Translations under genes and position numbers: made by a program
The notes under the pieces: generated by a model
Databases searched by the model: none
Seen by the model: only the letters and a program-made list of their open reading frames with translations
Told to the model about the DNA's origin: nothing
From: a virus
Reading direction: 5' to 3' (one strand)
Length of the DNA: 64,000 bases
IMG/VR virus record: IMGVR_UViG_3300021399_000004
Span: 96,001-160,000 of that record
Shown here: piece after piece, positions 43,434 to 58,400 of the stretch
Layout of the letters: the number at the start of each line of letters is the position of its first letter
Position numbering within the stretch: position 1 is the first letter of the stretch

Positions 43434-46400
43434 ATGGCGGATACAGTTGTATCAGTTGGTGTTAAATTTGAAGCTTTGTAGAGTTCGATTAATAATTTGA
43501 AATCTATATTGGCAAATTTAGAGCCGAAAAGTGGAGGATATAAAAATTTTTCTAAGGTAATAAATGGAATTATCAGTGATTTTTAGTCATTACAGGTAGC
43601 GATGAGCAAGCCCTTTATAGATTAGAAGCAATTTGATAATGTTGATCGTCGTATAGACTTATTAACTGATAAAGTTAATGGTCTGTAGTTAAAGGCGACA
43701 GATTTAAATTTTAAAGATTTAAAGCTGAATGATTCTGAATTAGCGAAATATAAAGAATTGGCTGCCGCCATTGATGGCGCAAAAACTGCTATTAAAGATT
43801 TAAAAGATGAAGAACAAAAAGCTTTTAGGCGCAATAATGCGAGTTCATTGGAAAAATTCTTGCCTAATGCAGAGAATATGTCTTTAGACAAAATTATTAG
43901 TTAGTTAACTAAAGACGAGCAGACTATAGGGAAAAAAGTTAAATCAATGAATGAATAGCTTGCTACCATAGGCCAAAATTAGAATAAGCGTAGTTTAGCT
44001 GAAACATTGTCTACTGAGTCTTTAAAGACAGCTATGGGAGACTTATATAAAACAGTTGGTACGTAGACAGAGTAGGCTTATGTTAGAGGTGGCAGAGATA
44101 ATCTTGTAAAATTTTTATCTGAATAGTTTGGATTAAGTGGCCCCGAATGGGATGACTTAATAGCAAAAATTAATGATAAGAAAAACTCAATAAAAGTTAT
44201 TTAGAAAGAGATTAATAGCTTTTTTACAAATTTTACTTCTAATCAAAAAAATAGTCAGTTTGAAGCCTGGGGAAATGCAATTAATAGGACTCTCGCTAAA
44301 TTTGATGATGGCAGTATTACTAACGTTGAAGATGCAAAAAAGAGACTATTAGAATTACAATCAACATTAACTGAACTATAGAATTTAAAAGCTAACGCAG
44401 CTTCTACTAGAACAAGGGTAGAAGGTATCGGAAAAGAAGGTACTGTCGAAAAAAGTGCTGTGGACAGCGCGACTGCTGCATTAGAAAAATATTATCAAGA
44501 GTTAGTTAAAATTCGTTAGGGACATATTCAAACTAATACTACTCAACTTACGAGTCAATTATAGCAGTTAAAAGATGCTGCTGCGAACGCGAATGTTGAA
44601 TTTTTAAAATTAGAGCGGACTAATCGTACATTAAGTTCTATGAAAATGACTGTCTCTAACTTTTTAGGGTTTACATAGGTTTTAAATTTAGTCAGACGGG
44701 CAGTCAGAGAAGCAGCTAATCATATTAAAGAATTAGATAATGTTATGAATAGCATAGCTATTGTTACAAATATGACTACTGCTGACTTATGGGCTTAGGT
44801 AGATGTCTATACATAGATTGCACAAAAATTTGGTGTAACGATTTAGGGTGCATATGAAGTTTCTAAAATTTATTATCAGCAAGGTCTATAGACAAATGAT
44901 GTTTTAAATTTAACTAATGAAACATTAAAGTTGGCAAAAATTTCTGGTTTAGATTATGCAACAACAACAGACTATATGACCACAGCTCTTCGTGGTTTTA
45001 AAATGGAAATGTCTGATGCCGCGCATGTAGTTGATGTATATAGTAACTTGGCTTCACATACTGCTGTTAACCAGCAAGAGCTTGCAGAAGCAATGACAAG
45101 AACAGCTTCTTCTCTTGAATCAGTTGGAACAAGTTTTGAAGAAGCCTCTTCTATGATTGCTACGATTGTAGCTGTTACTCGTGAAACTGCAAATAATATT
45201 GGTAGTGCTCTAAAATCAATTGCATCACGTTATGGTGAATTAACTAAAGACCCAATGAAGTTAATTGATGAAGAGGGCGAAGCTGTAAGCTTCAATAAAG
45301 TAGATGAAGCTTTACAATCTGTAGGCATTTCATTGTAGGATTCTGACCATTAGTTTAGAAAGTTCACTGACGTTGTTAGAGAATTGGCGAAAGCTTGGGA
45401 TACTCTAGATTCAACTCAACAGCGTTATATCGCAACACAATTTGCAGGAAATAGACAGCAATCTCGTTTCTTAGCCTTAGTTAGCAACTCAGAATTATTT
45501 GAAGAGAACCTAGAATATGCAAATGCAAGTGAAAATGTTGGTACATTATAGGCTATTGAGAGCTTAGATACAGTTAGCGCTAAATTAAATCAGGTTTAGG
45601 TTGCGTATCAACAATTTTATACTACTATTGGCGCAGAATCAGCTTGGAAAACTGTGCTAGATAATGTAACTTCTATTATTAATACTTTAAATTCTCTACC
45701 TAAAGTATTTGGGAAAATACCTACTGGAGCAATTGTAGTTATTTATGATATTATTACATTAGTTAAATCTATTGCATTAAGAGGCTTAACTAATATCACA
45801 AAAATAATGGTTGATACAATTACTCAGACGGCATTAGCGGCTAAAGAGAAGGCAGCCTAGACTGGCGGAAGCGCGGCAGATGAGGCGACACGTGAGGTAA
45901 ATGCTCGTTCTTCAGCTATGGAAGCGGCCGGTCAGACTTTCTGGGGTAAATTTTTCCATCCTCTTTCAGAAATGAAAAATAGAATGAAAGCTGAATGGAA
46001 TGACATACAAACATTCGGAAAAGAATATAATAATGCAAAGAACTAGTCCCCAGTAACTGAAAATAAAAAAGAGGAAGAAAGGGCTCAGGGAGAGTCTGCA
46101 AATGCTGCAGAGAATGCAAATGAACGTGTTGCAAAAGCGGAGCAAGACGCTGGAACAGCAGTAGCAGAAACTAATAAAACGATAGAAACGTAGAGTGAGG
46201 TTCTTTCTTCTGTTGGCTCAGCCGCTGAGACAACTACTCAATAGGTAATAAAAGGTGAACAAGAAAAACAAGAAGCGATTCAAAAAACTGCTGAGGTTGC
46301 TCAATAGTCTAATCCTAATGGAAATACAGCTTACAATCCGCCCTTAACCTTTGAGTCACCAAAAGAACAACAAGAAAGAAGGAGTCAAGAACTAGTGGCG

Positions 46401-49400
46401 ACTCAACAGAGAGAAGCAAAGCAGGAGGCTATAAAAGAAAAATATATTAAGGATAATAATTTATATCCGTTACTTACAGCGCCGTCTGCGACACCTTTTT
46501 CTGCATTAACGTCTAATCCCGAAGCTATGAAATGGCTATTAGCTTCTGAATATAATCCTATTCAAGATCCAAAACAGATTTAGGAAATGTTTGGTAAGAT
46601 GGATAAAAGTATGCCAGGCTTTTTCTTTGGCACTGGTTTGTCTGGTAGTACGGCTACACCACTTGCAGGAAAAACCGATGCGTATGATATTTACTAGAGA
46701 TGGCACGACTTTGCCGCAAAAATGACAGATCCAAAAATATTAAAGAGCTTTGACGAACTTGGTTTGTTTAGCCAAACAGAATAGTTCCTCGGACGAATGA
46801 GGGCTAAATATTCTGATGCAAAATATCCTCAATACCCTAACCCGGAGACAATACCAAAGTATTAGGAGGAGTAGAGAAAATTTTAGGATGAAATAGAGCC
46901 ACAATTTAGACGATTTTTATCTGATAACGGGTTAAAAAATGATTTTCCATTAAATGGTGGTTTAAGCGAGCTTGTTAAAAATATTTATGCTTTTTAGCAA
47001 GCACTCCAATATATTTCACAATAGCAGCCATAGACTCCATCGCCTGCTTCTACTCCTACTCCTACTCAAGCTACTTAGGTACAGCAAACCGCTGAAGAAA
47101 ATGCTGCACAAGGCAAGAGTAACTTAGCTGAGGCAAATAAAGAAGTAGCAAATTCCGAGTAGGAAGTAACATAGGCTGTAAATGGCACAGTCGATGCTTT
47201 GAATAAACAGGGAGAAGCTATAGAAAATGTTACTTCTGCTTCTTCACAGCAGGCACTGAATTCTCCTGCTGACGCTTAGGCGGTATGGAACGAGATTGGG
47301 CCAACAACTCTTTTGAATATACAAGACTTGTAGACAGCTTTAGAGTTATTAAAAGAATAGAGCAATGTAGATATTAAAATTAGTAATAGCTCTTTAAATG
47401 CTGAAGAACTAGAAAAAGTTAAAGAAAAGATAGCTCAGATTCTAGCGTAGAGCGAGCAGTTAAATAATTAGAAAATTATAATAACAATTGATTCTAAAGC
47501 GGTTGAATAGGTTGAACAATAGGCAAAATAGGCTAATGAAGAGTTACAAAAAATGGAAGATACTAGTTAGTAGGCAATGGCGGCAACTAGCTAGACAGGA
47601 AATTAGCAGATATTAAATAATCAATATCCTAATTAGGCTGCCGCGCGTGAAGCGGCGCTTGCTAGTGCAGAAGCATCTTTAAATAAGCTACATGCAGATG
47701 ATGCAGCAGGTAATGGTCCTGCTACAGCAGAAGAACGCATGCAATAGTTGCTAGCAATTGTTAATTAGATTAAAGCGATTGCTCCTGGGATGCTAAAGCC
47801 TGGGATCGACACTATGCAAGATGTTGATAAATTAGAAGAAACTCTAACTAAGATTATTAGTATATCAAAAACTAACGGTTCGGAAACTAAATTTATCTGG
47901 AGCGACTTAACAGTAACTAGGAATCAGTTAGATGAATTGGGTTATTCTTATGATGCTGCTAGCGGGAAAATTTAGGCTTTAAATTTTGCAAATTAGCAAT
48001 ATCAAATTACACAAGAATAGCTCCAATATTTAATCTAGAATCATATATCATCAGAATAGGCAATCCCAGCATTATTATAGGCACATGAGCAGGGTGTATT
48101 AAAACTAACATAGGCTGAAAAGGAACGTCTTGAAACACTTATGGCCTTAAATGCAGAATAGGAGCGTTTAAGCAAGGGAGCGCCTGCAGGCGGCGCACCT
48201 GTAGGTGATGCTAATGGAGGCAATGAAAAGGCAGGATGGTGGGCTGCTCTTCGTGGTGCTGCAAAAGGTGGGCGACTCGCTTCTTACGGTAGCGCTGCAC
48301 GTATGGCCGGAAATTTCTTAGGATCTATACAGGACACATCCACAAGAGCAGGTCAATAGGCTAGCGGATTTTTTTAGGGAGCTGGCGCTATAGCTTCTAT
48401 TGCTATGAATCCATATAATCCAGTAAACTGGATAATGGGTATATAGTCACTCTGGAGTGCAGTAGAAACTTTTAATGAAAGTGCAAAAGAAGAAGCGGAG
48501 CGCTTAAAGAAAGAAGCCGAAGAAGCACGAACTGCCGCAAAAACTGCAGCAACTGAAGTTAGAAGTTTAGAAGAAGGATAGAAAAAAATAAAGAAGTTAG
48601 CTGAATCACGTTATGACTCAGAAGAAGCTGCGCAAGAATACTAGGATACGGTTGACTCATTAGTAGATCAATTTCCATAGCTAATTGCCGGGTATGATGC
48701 AATGAATAATGCTGTTATAACCGAAACTTCTCTTACTTTAGCGTTAAGCGAGGCTAGACGTGAATCAGCGGAGGCAACTTATGATGCTTTATAGGCTGAA
48801 CGAAAGGCGGCAGATAAACGAGCTGAATCAGCTGAAAAAGAAATTATTGCTGCTAATGAATTAAGCCCTTATTCTGGTACGAATGACCAGCTTGCTGAGT
48901 TTGACTATGAACTTAGTAATTCATTAGCCAGGTATCTTGATTCTTCTAATGATTTAAAGGGAGCTTTATAGCAGTTAACTATAGAGAGACAAGGCAATGA
49001 AGATGTATCATGGAGCGATTTAATAAATCAGTTAGAGCCTGAGAATATAGCATAGGTAAATAATTTAAAGGAAAACGTCGCTCTTTTAATGGGGCTAGCA
49101 AGTGGCAGTGAAATTAGCAATGATTGGTTTAACTCTTTCATGGATTTATACTTGAGTCAAAAGGATGATACGAGTGCATTTAGTTCTCGCGCAGGAATTT
49201 TTGATATATTGTTTATGACTGATAAATAGTAGGATGAGTCACAATTAAATGATGTTATAAAGAACTTTAATAAGGCTAAATAGGAAAAAAAATATTCGGA
49301 TTTAATTGATTATGGTAATCAACTTATTACGTTAATTCAAACTACTGAAGCTAGAGACCAAAACGAACAAGAGTGGCGTACTAATATTATTGGTGAAGTA

Positions 49401-52400
49401 TAGTCAATATTAGAAGATGCTATTACATATCAAAAAGAATCTGGAACTGCAGCTTCATTAACATAGGCTGAATTAGTTGCATGGCAACGTAAAAATATTA
49501 ATTCTAAAACTTATGTTAAAGATAATGATGTCACAGCATTTACAGATCTAGCGGCAATAGACTTATAGTAGTAGGCACAAGCAAGTACAAAATCAGTTTC
49601 TGATTTAGAAGCAGATTGGCTTGCATAGCCACCAGCGATTTTAACTACTATACAAGAATTTTATGAAAAATTAGAAATAATAGATGCTGAAACAGGGAAA
49701 CGTGCAAATATATTATTTGATCAATATTATAATGATATGCAGCATTGGACCGGTACAGATTTGATTAGTAGATTTGGTCTTGACGAAGACGAAGATAAAG
49801 AAATCATTGAGTTATTGAGAAAGCGTTATACGGAATCTTCAACTACTTTTATTAATAATATAAATAAAAAAATAAATGACCTTGATTTTATAACCAATAA
49901 AGATGAGTATTTATTAACAACTATCGAAAAAGGCGGCTAGTAGATATCAGGTATATAGTACGATCTATATATTAGTGCTATAAATCAAGCACAAAAATTT
50001 GCTTAGCGCGGTTTAACTGCTACTGCTAATTCATACTTAGGTTAGACTTTATCATTATTAGGATGGATTGAAGAACATATTACTGATCCTGAACAATAGA
50101 ATCAAATTTATGATATTTTAGTAAAAAATGAAGCTTTTACAAGCAAAGAAGGCTGGGCTAAGGCTGCACAGGCTTTAACAGATGCCGGTTTTGATGATAC
50201 AGGTTTAATTGAACAAGTGACGGCAGCTGGTAAAACATTTTTAACAAATGTTTCTTTAAGTTTGCAAGCGGCTACATCTAGCTTATTTGAATCGCTAGAA
50301 GATTAGAGTAAAAATCTATCTAAAGCATTTTCTGGGATGTCTGTTAAAGAAGCTAATGATTTTCTAGACACATTAAAAAATTATAATATAAATACGTTTA
50401 GCTGGTCTGATCTTGAATTAAATAGTAGTGGGAAATTAGCATTAAAATCGAGTAGCGTTAGTGGCTATAGAAATGCAGTATAGACATGGGTTGATAAATA
50501 GTTAGAATAGGCAGCAACTGCTAGAGATGATGTATATAGACAACTTTTTGACATTGATAATAGGGGTAATATTACTGGAAATATATCAGATAGAGCTTCT
50601 GAATTGATTCGACAAACATTGGGTACAGAACTTGAAACAATTCCAGAGAATAATAAATAGTATATTGAATCATTAATTGAATATGGATTTTTAAGTGTTG
50701 ATGATAAAGGTAAAGTATAGATAGCTAAAGAATATAATAAAAATAACAATGTAGCAGAGTCAATTAAGGAGTTCAGAACTGCAACTGATAAATCATATAA
50801 TGTCCTAGCTCAGGGCGCTCAAACAATTGTGGATATGGTTACTTATTCTGCAGAATGGGCGCAGGGTATTTATACTTCATTGTTTAGAAACTTCGGTGAA
50901 GGCGCAAATAAAGATTAGCTGTTGTTACAAGCTTTAACTGGCACTCTTAGTTCAACTGACTATGATAAACTTACTGATTTTGATAAGGCAGGTATTAAAA
51001 ATGCGGCTAGCGCTGCAGAACAAGCGGTTTAGGATTTTATTTCTAAACGCGGCCAAAATATGCATGTGAGTGATTACGCCGCGGCACCACAATATATAAA
51101 GAAAAACTTAAAGTCGGCATTAGATAATTTAGGGAAAAGCTATGACAATTTTGAATTATATGTATTAAATTTAACAAAAGATTATACTTCAGAAATTCAA
51201 ACTATCGTTAATAACTAGGTTTCTGCAATAAACTCTTTATATGAGGTAGGCAATTAGGGTCTTTATGCTATTAATGGAAAAACTGCGATTTCAGCTGATG
51301 AAGCTGGTAAGTTAGCATCATTTTTAGGCTATAAGGGCGATGGAACTTTAAGAGAATATTTAGCTGCTCAAGGTTTAGTTTATAATTCTTTAACAAATGA
51401 GTTCGATATAACATCTGGTTTTATTACTGATGTTGTAATTCCTGCTTATTAGAAAATTGCTGAAACTGCTAGTAATGAGCAAGAGAAGGAGCAAGCCCAA
51501 GCTTAGATTGATAAATATACTAATTTAATGAAAAAAAATGGACAATCAGCTATCGCTACATTAATTAAAAATCGCAAAAATGTTTCTGAAGAAGATATAT
51601 CAAATGTTGCTAATGCTTTTGAAGGATTAGACTATAATCAAGTTTCAAGTGTTGTCCATGATGGCGTTCTCAATATCGGAGAATTGATAAGTTTATTTTC
51701 ACAAATTGATAAGCAAACAGCTAAAGAACTCTATACTGCCTATGGGGCAGATCTGGATGAAAGTTTAGGTTTTTTAAATAAAGCGGTTGGCTATGTAGCT
51801 AATGGAACGACTAATTAGAGTGAAATTGCAGCTTTTACTAGTGAATATTTAGACGTTGTAGGAGAAGTGCTCGAAGCAGGGAATTGGGTCTATGATAGCG
51901 TATTAAAAACTACGACGTTAAGCGGTGATGCTGCATAGAGATACATTTAGGCAAAGCGGGCTAAATTAACAAAAGAGTATGGTGAAGGAAACAAATAGTT
52001 TATTGATGAATATTTAAAGAATAATATCATAAGTTAGATGGTTGATACTGGTACTTTAGTTAATGTTGCCACTGGCAAGAGCACTCCATTAGATTCTTAT
52101 AAATTAGAAAAAAATTTAATGGCCGCATATAGCGCATTAGGGTATGGACCTGGCTTAGCAGCTGGTAGAGCTTCTTGGGCTAAGACAGCGTTATCAGAAG
52201 CATCAGGGACTAAACGAGTTGAGGCTTTAAAGAGCCTTTCAGAAGAATTAAGTTTACAAATTACTCCCGAACAATACCAGTAGGTATATGAAGCTCGAAC
52301 TTAGTCATTGATGGATCTTCAAAATAGTATACATGACATTGAAGCAGGTACTATAATAACTTCTTAGGCAAATGCTCAATTATTAGCTAAAGCTGGATAT

Positions 52401-55400
52401 TAGATTAAAAATAATCAAGATGGTACATATCTAATAGAAACTGTTGGTGGCATGGTCGAAGCATATTATTTAATGTATTAGGAATTATCACAAGAAGCAA
52501 GTTCTACGACAGCCCAATTAAATTCAGTTTATGCAGCAATGTTAAGTGAACGAGAAAAATCATAGAGTACTGCAATTGAAGCTTTATAGAATGCTGCTAA
52601 AATGTCTTATGAACAATTAGGAACATTATTAGCTTCTATGGGTATGAAACTTGAGGATGTAGCCAAAAATTTTGAAGAGTATGGAATTAAATAGCTTGGT
52701 GCTGGGCAGATTCGTATTTATGATTTTGAGGCGTTCGCGGGCAAATTAAACTTAAGTAAGGATTCTGAAGAATATTTATCTGCTTATTCAACCTGGGTAG
52801 ATTCTATGATTACTGTTAATAAAACAGTAGAAGAATAGATTCTCTCTGAAGTAGATAAAATTAAAGAGGCAAAAATTGGTGATCAAATTAATGTCACTTA
52901 TTTAGTAGATGCATTTGGTGAAGAACTTCTAGAACTTTTATTCGGTGAGAATAGTATTGCTAATGGTATTTTAACAGTTACCAGCCAATTCACACGTGAG
53001 TCTATGGTTGGTTTATACCATGCGCTTAAATCCAGTGATAAAGTTAACTTTAACGAACGCGATTTGGCTAAATTTAAAGATGATTTTTAGACTAATTTTA
53101 TTAACAAATTATCTGAAGGTATTAATAAGGCTTTAGCAGGAACGTTAACAAATGTTGAAATGCAAGAATTAATTGAAAATCATACTGGTATAACTTCAGA
53201 TTATTTTATTAAAACTGAATAGGGCTTAAAACTAACAATTGCTCAAGCTACAAAGTTATATTTCTAGTTAAAAGAGATTGATACTATTGCATCTAATATT
53301 GTATTAAAAGAATTAATTAAGAGTATGCAAGAAACTGATTCTAATTATAAGACAATGGAATCTACTTTAAGAAGAATCGCTGAGTTACATGAATTAATTA
53401 ATGCTGCAGATAGTGAAAAAAATAGTGCTAAAAAAGAATAGTATGAAGAAGAATTGAATCTTGCGTTAGAAATTCAACGTGTACGCGCAACTACTCGTGA
53501 TGATGAATCTTGGGATTTCATGAGTCGTAAAATGCCAGAAGTATTAAATAATCCATTTAATGCTCTCAAGAGCGTTGGCGCAATGATGACGAATTTCAGA
53601 AATTCTTGGAAAGAAACAACACAATATTTTGATTTAAATAGCGGACGATGGACTAAGAGTAAGGGCATGATGGGCTTTGATTAGTTCTATAGTATGGCTA
53701 ACATGATGAATGAACTAGCTCTTAAGACTGGAAATAAATTAGTATTAGCAGGCCATACATTAGACGGTGGCGCCTAGGAATTTGCTAAATTAGTCACTTC
53801 TACATATAAGACTTTGGGCATGTTAGAAGATGGCTCAGCTGTAGTTAATTTAGGTGCAATTGGATTAAATTTTGAAACTGGCGCGGATCAAATGCGGCTG
53901 GGAATTGAAAATGGTCTTCAAGAGGCAGCAAAGGGTCAAGTACAGATGCTTGATGGAATGATCCAAGTTGTCGAGACTATGGCCGCTATGGAAGAGCTTG
54001 GTCAGATTGCTGGCGAAGATATAATGTTGCAATTACCGACAATTGATTTCGATGCCGAAGAAAATCAAGATACTTTAGCCAAGATGAATGAATGGCGTCT
54101 AAAATATGTACAAAAATTTATTGAAGGTAGCGAAGAATACGATGAAGATGTAGCAAAAGCTGTAAATAACATTAAATATAAAAATGAAAAAGGCGCAACA
54201 ATAGCATTAGCAGATATATTTAAGAAAGACATTGCAGATTGGACTGAATTAGAAAAAGCAATAATGTCAGGCTATTATAAAGCTGCTAAATCAGGTAAAT
54301 TAAATGATCAAAATTAGATCTGGGAAAGTATTCAAGAAGCCTTAGCAGGTGCCGGTCTTGACGGTCAAACAATTACTTTACCTCTTGGTGAGAATGGAAC
54401 CGAGATTACTTATTTTTATAAAGATGGCTTTGCTATTGAAGTTACTAGTAACGGATTTAAAGTTGGCGATAAGACTTATCCTAGTGAGAAGCAGGCAATT
54501 CAGGCTGCTATTCTAAAAAATTTAGGGCAAGTTAACTTAGATGAGGTAACAGATGATAAAACTCCAGTTACTGGCACACTAAAATTGGGCAGTCAAGGTA
54601 TCAAAGTTAGTTTTGACGATAATGAGCATGTTTAGTATGAATATAATGGAGTAACTTCTAACTCTATTAATGGTTTATTAACGGAACTTTGGAAGCAGGA
54701 TGAAACGAAAGGCGAGCTAACACTTGAAGAGTGGAAAATTCAATAGGAGTTTACTATTGTTCCTGAGTTCAATAAGGATATTGAATTAACAAATGCTTAG
54801 AAAGCAAATCTGGCGGGAAAGTCGGCATTAAATTTACAACAGGAGTGGGCTGATGCCGTAGAAAAAAATACAACAGTTCAATTTGAAGCTAAATATGGCT
54901 TTAAGTTAACCAACAGTAGTCAACTTACTGATGAAGCTTTAGAATAGCTATTAGCAGGGAATAAAATAACTGAAACTACAACAGATTTAACTGTTAAACT
55001 AAATTCTAATAGCTCACCTATTGCATCCGTGTTAGAAGCTGGTAAAACTACCGTCGATGTTACACTGAATGTAGCGGTAGTAGGCCCTGGTGCGGGCTTA
55101 GCTCAAGCCATGTTCGGAGGATAGACGACTTCTGAACAATAGTAGCCACAAAAACCAGCGCCAGGTAAATAGCCTCCACCAAGTTAGCAGCCACCTTCTG
55201 GCGCAATATATGATACACCAGATTCATATCGTACTACGCCAACAGTTACTACTAAGTCTGTCGGTGTTGAAGGCGCAGTTATTGTTGGCACCTTTACTAC
55301 TGAAAGTATGGTGGCTAATTTTGTTTAGCCAGATGGTAGTATTTCACAAACAATAACTATCCTTGGTGTACCAGTGGCTGTCGAAGGCGGAGCTACTAGC

Positions 55401-58400
55401 GAAGATGTAACATTAGTATATACTGGAGAAACAACTGGCTTTACATTATATAAAGGTGGCGTGCCGGTTGCATAGTTCACGACCGAACAAATTCTAACAG
55501 CATTGAATGTAGCTGACTTAGGTGAGTATTAGGGCCATCGTCTTGTATATAATTTTTAGACAGAAGAATTTGAATTATGGAAGGGTAGTACTCGTATAAC
55601 TGCTTTTTCTACAGAAGAAATTGCTTCTAAATTACTCCTTGATAAAAATGTCACGCCTCTATCAAGAAATACTGTATTACAATACAGAGGCGAGACAGAA
55701 GGCTTCCAAGTTATTGATCAAACAACTGGTTAGCCTCTTGTAATTTTGGGTACTGGCGAAGGAAAAATTGAAGAAGTTGAAGGAACTATAGTTAAAGATG
55801 CTGATGGTAATGTTCACTTTGAATTTACTGATGATACTGGTACTATATACACTGTAGATTTATCTCAATTTTCTGGTTTAGTAGGCACTGGCGCTACAAT
55901 TGATCCTACAAAATGTAAAGCGAAATTTAATAGTGACACTGGCACAATAACATTTTCATATGAAGCCGGTGGCGAAACTATAAGTGAAGAAGTACCAATA
56001 ACTGGTGTTAATTTAACTGGTACTGCTGCATTAACTGATGCAAAAGTTACAGAAATAAAGGCAGCTATCGCTAATGCTAAAGGGTTAACTCCAGACGAAA
56101 AATTAGCATTGTTAAATGCATTAGGTGTAGATAGTTCAGATTATACAATAGATTTAGGAACAGTGACGCCAATCGCAACGGTAGGAACTCCTGAATTTTA
56201 CGGCTTATCTGAAGGTGATAGGTTCTTAGCGAGTATGACTTCTGCTAATTGGACAGAAAGTGCTGCTTAGAGTCATGTGGCAAGTAAAGTATATAGTCCG
56301 TTAAATGGCACTTTATCACATGAGCTCACTCCAGAAGCAACAGCCGCCTATCATGATATTGAAACAAAAGTTAGAAATGGACAAACTCTAACATCCACAG
56401 AAAAAAAGTTTTTAAACTATTTAACACATTCACAACGGCAAAATTCACATTATAAAAATGAAAAAGGTGAAAACGTATTCGTAAGTAAACAAGCTCAAGA
56501 TTTATTAAATGCTAACGCTCTTATTGAGGAAGAATTAATGACATCTTTAATTCCAGCTTTAGCTGGCCTAACAGATATTAATTATGATAAAATTCTTTCT
56601 TTAAGTCAAGCTTTAGGAACAATTGCTATGTCTGGTATGGATATTCAAAAAATTAATTGGCAAGACATAGTTACAAATTTAAGTGCATTGTCTGGTATTA
56701 ATATTGCTCCTAAAGCGCTACAAGATCTAGGTTAGCTTGCAGGCGTGATGGCTTTAATCAGCGGTGGCACCGTAAAAAACCAATTTGGTGTGGAAGTACA
56801 ATCAAACGGTTTACCAGCATTGGCTACTAGTTTAGGTAATTTATCTAATATTTCTTATCCAAAAATTAGTGAAGGTTTAAATAGTATTGCCACTGCATTA
56901 AGTAAAATATCATCTGTTTTATATCCAGTTGATAATAAAGTACCTTTTAAGTCTACTTAGACTGATACCACTAATACTAAAAAATAGGAATTATAGGCAC
57001 TCTTAGATGGCGACTGGAGTGAGCTTGATCCAAGTCAATTAGAATCAGCTGTTGAGGATATGAATCATATTCTAGATGAATAGGCCGCTGAGGATACATC
57101 ATTCTCTGACCGTTTTTAGACAGCTACTGAGAAGTTTACAATAAATGCAAAAATGTTTAACCATATGATTCAATTAGCTAATGATGCACTTGGTTCTACT
57201 CAAATGCCACAAGGTTTAATTGATCTCAAAGGTATGATTTTACAGTTAGTTGGTATTGCTCCAGATACTGAAGAAGCAAAGCATTTAACTGATTTATTCA
57301 AAGGTAGTGTAGAAGATTTCGCTAATACGCCAATCGGACAAATTAATGCTGGCTTTAATGAGTTATAGAAGTCAATTGATAAATTATCTAGTGCAAACTT
57401 TAACGGCGGTTCTAGTGGATTAATTGACGTAAGAGGCGCTATATCATTATTAGCAAAAGCTAGTTTTGGTGCAGTAGCTAGTGGATTAAGTAGTATAAAG
57501 AGCGCTTTAGCAGGATGGAGCTTCCCACAAATACCAGCCTCTTCTGGCGGCAATACGGCTTCTTCTAATGCAAGTCAATCTGCTTAGATGCATACTGCTG
57601 TAGATGCAAAAGGAACAATTGGCCCCGCACAAGCAACTGGCACTCTAATGGGCGAACTCGGCCCTGAACTTTATGTATCAGGTGGCCGGTATCATATCGC
57701 TGGTCAAAATGGTGCAGAATTTGTTGATTTACCTGATGATGCAATTGTCTTTAATCATTTACAAACTAAGAAATTATTACAAACTGGCGTGGCTGGACGC
57801 GGAACGGCTATTACTAATGAACGTACAGCAGTAGCCTATGCAAAAGGCACTGGCCCTGCGATGGCTAGCGCAAGTGCTGTATTGGCTACATTAAAAGAAT
57901 TGCGTGATGCATGGTAGCGTTTAACTGATTTACCACTAAGTTAGCTAGCTGGCATGGGCGGCGGCGGTGGTGGCGGCGGTGGCAGCCAATTCACTAAAGA
58001 CCTCGAACGGTGGTTTAATATACTTTAGAGAATTGCACGCCTTGAAAAACTTATTACGCACGAAGAACAATTATAGTCAAAATTAGAGAATGATCGTTTA
58101 ATTCATGGAAATTAGATATATGCTAGTTAGCAGCGAGAGGCTCAAGCGTTACAGTAGACAATCAATGAAAATCGTGAATTACTTTCTTTATAGCAAGGTC
58201 GTTATCAAGAGCGTATTGACTAGCTCATGCGAGATAATGCATTCTTCCAACGTGTATATACTATTGATTAGAATACCGGAGCTATTTAGTTAAGAAATAG
58301 AGAAAATACACCAGAAGGTGAAGCAATTACATATAATGGTAGAACTTATGATGATGCGTATGCTATTTTAGCTGAAATTGCTGGTGTTAATCCAAACACA

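Noticed and set aside
58105-58293. A 62-aa ORF-track entry lies inside the tape measure region.
   Set aside because: It is in a different frame from the continuous TMP frame and has no RBS, so it is treated as a chance ORF.
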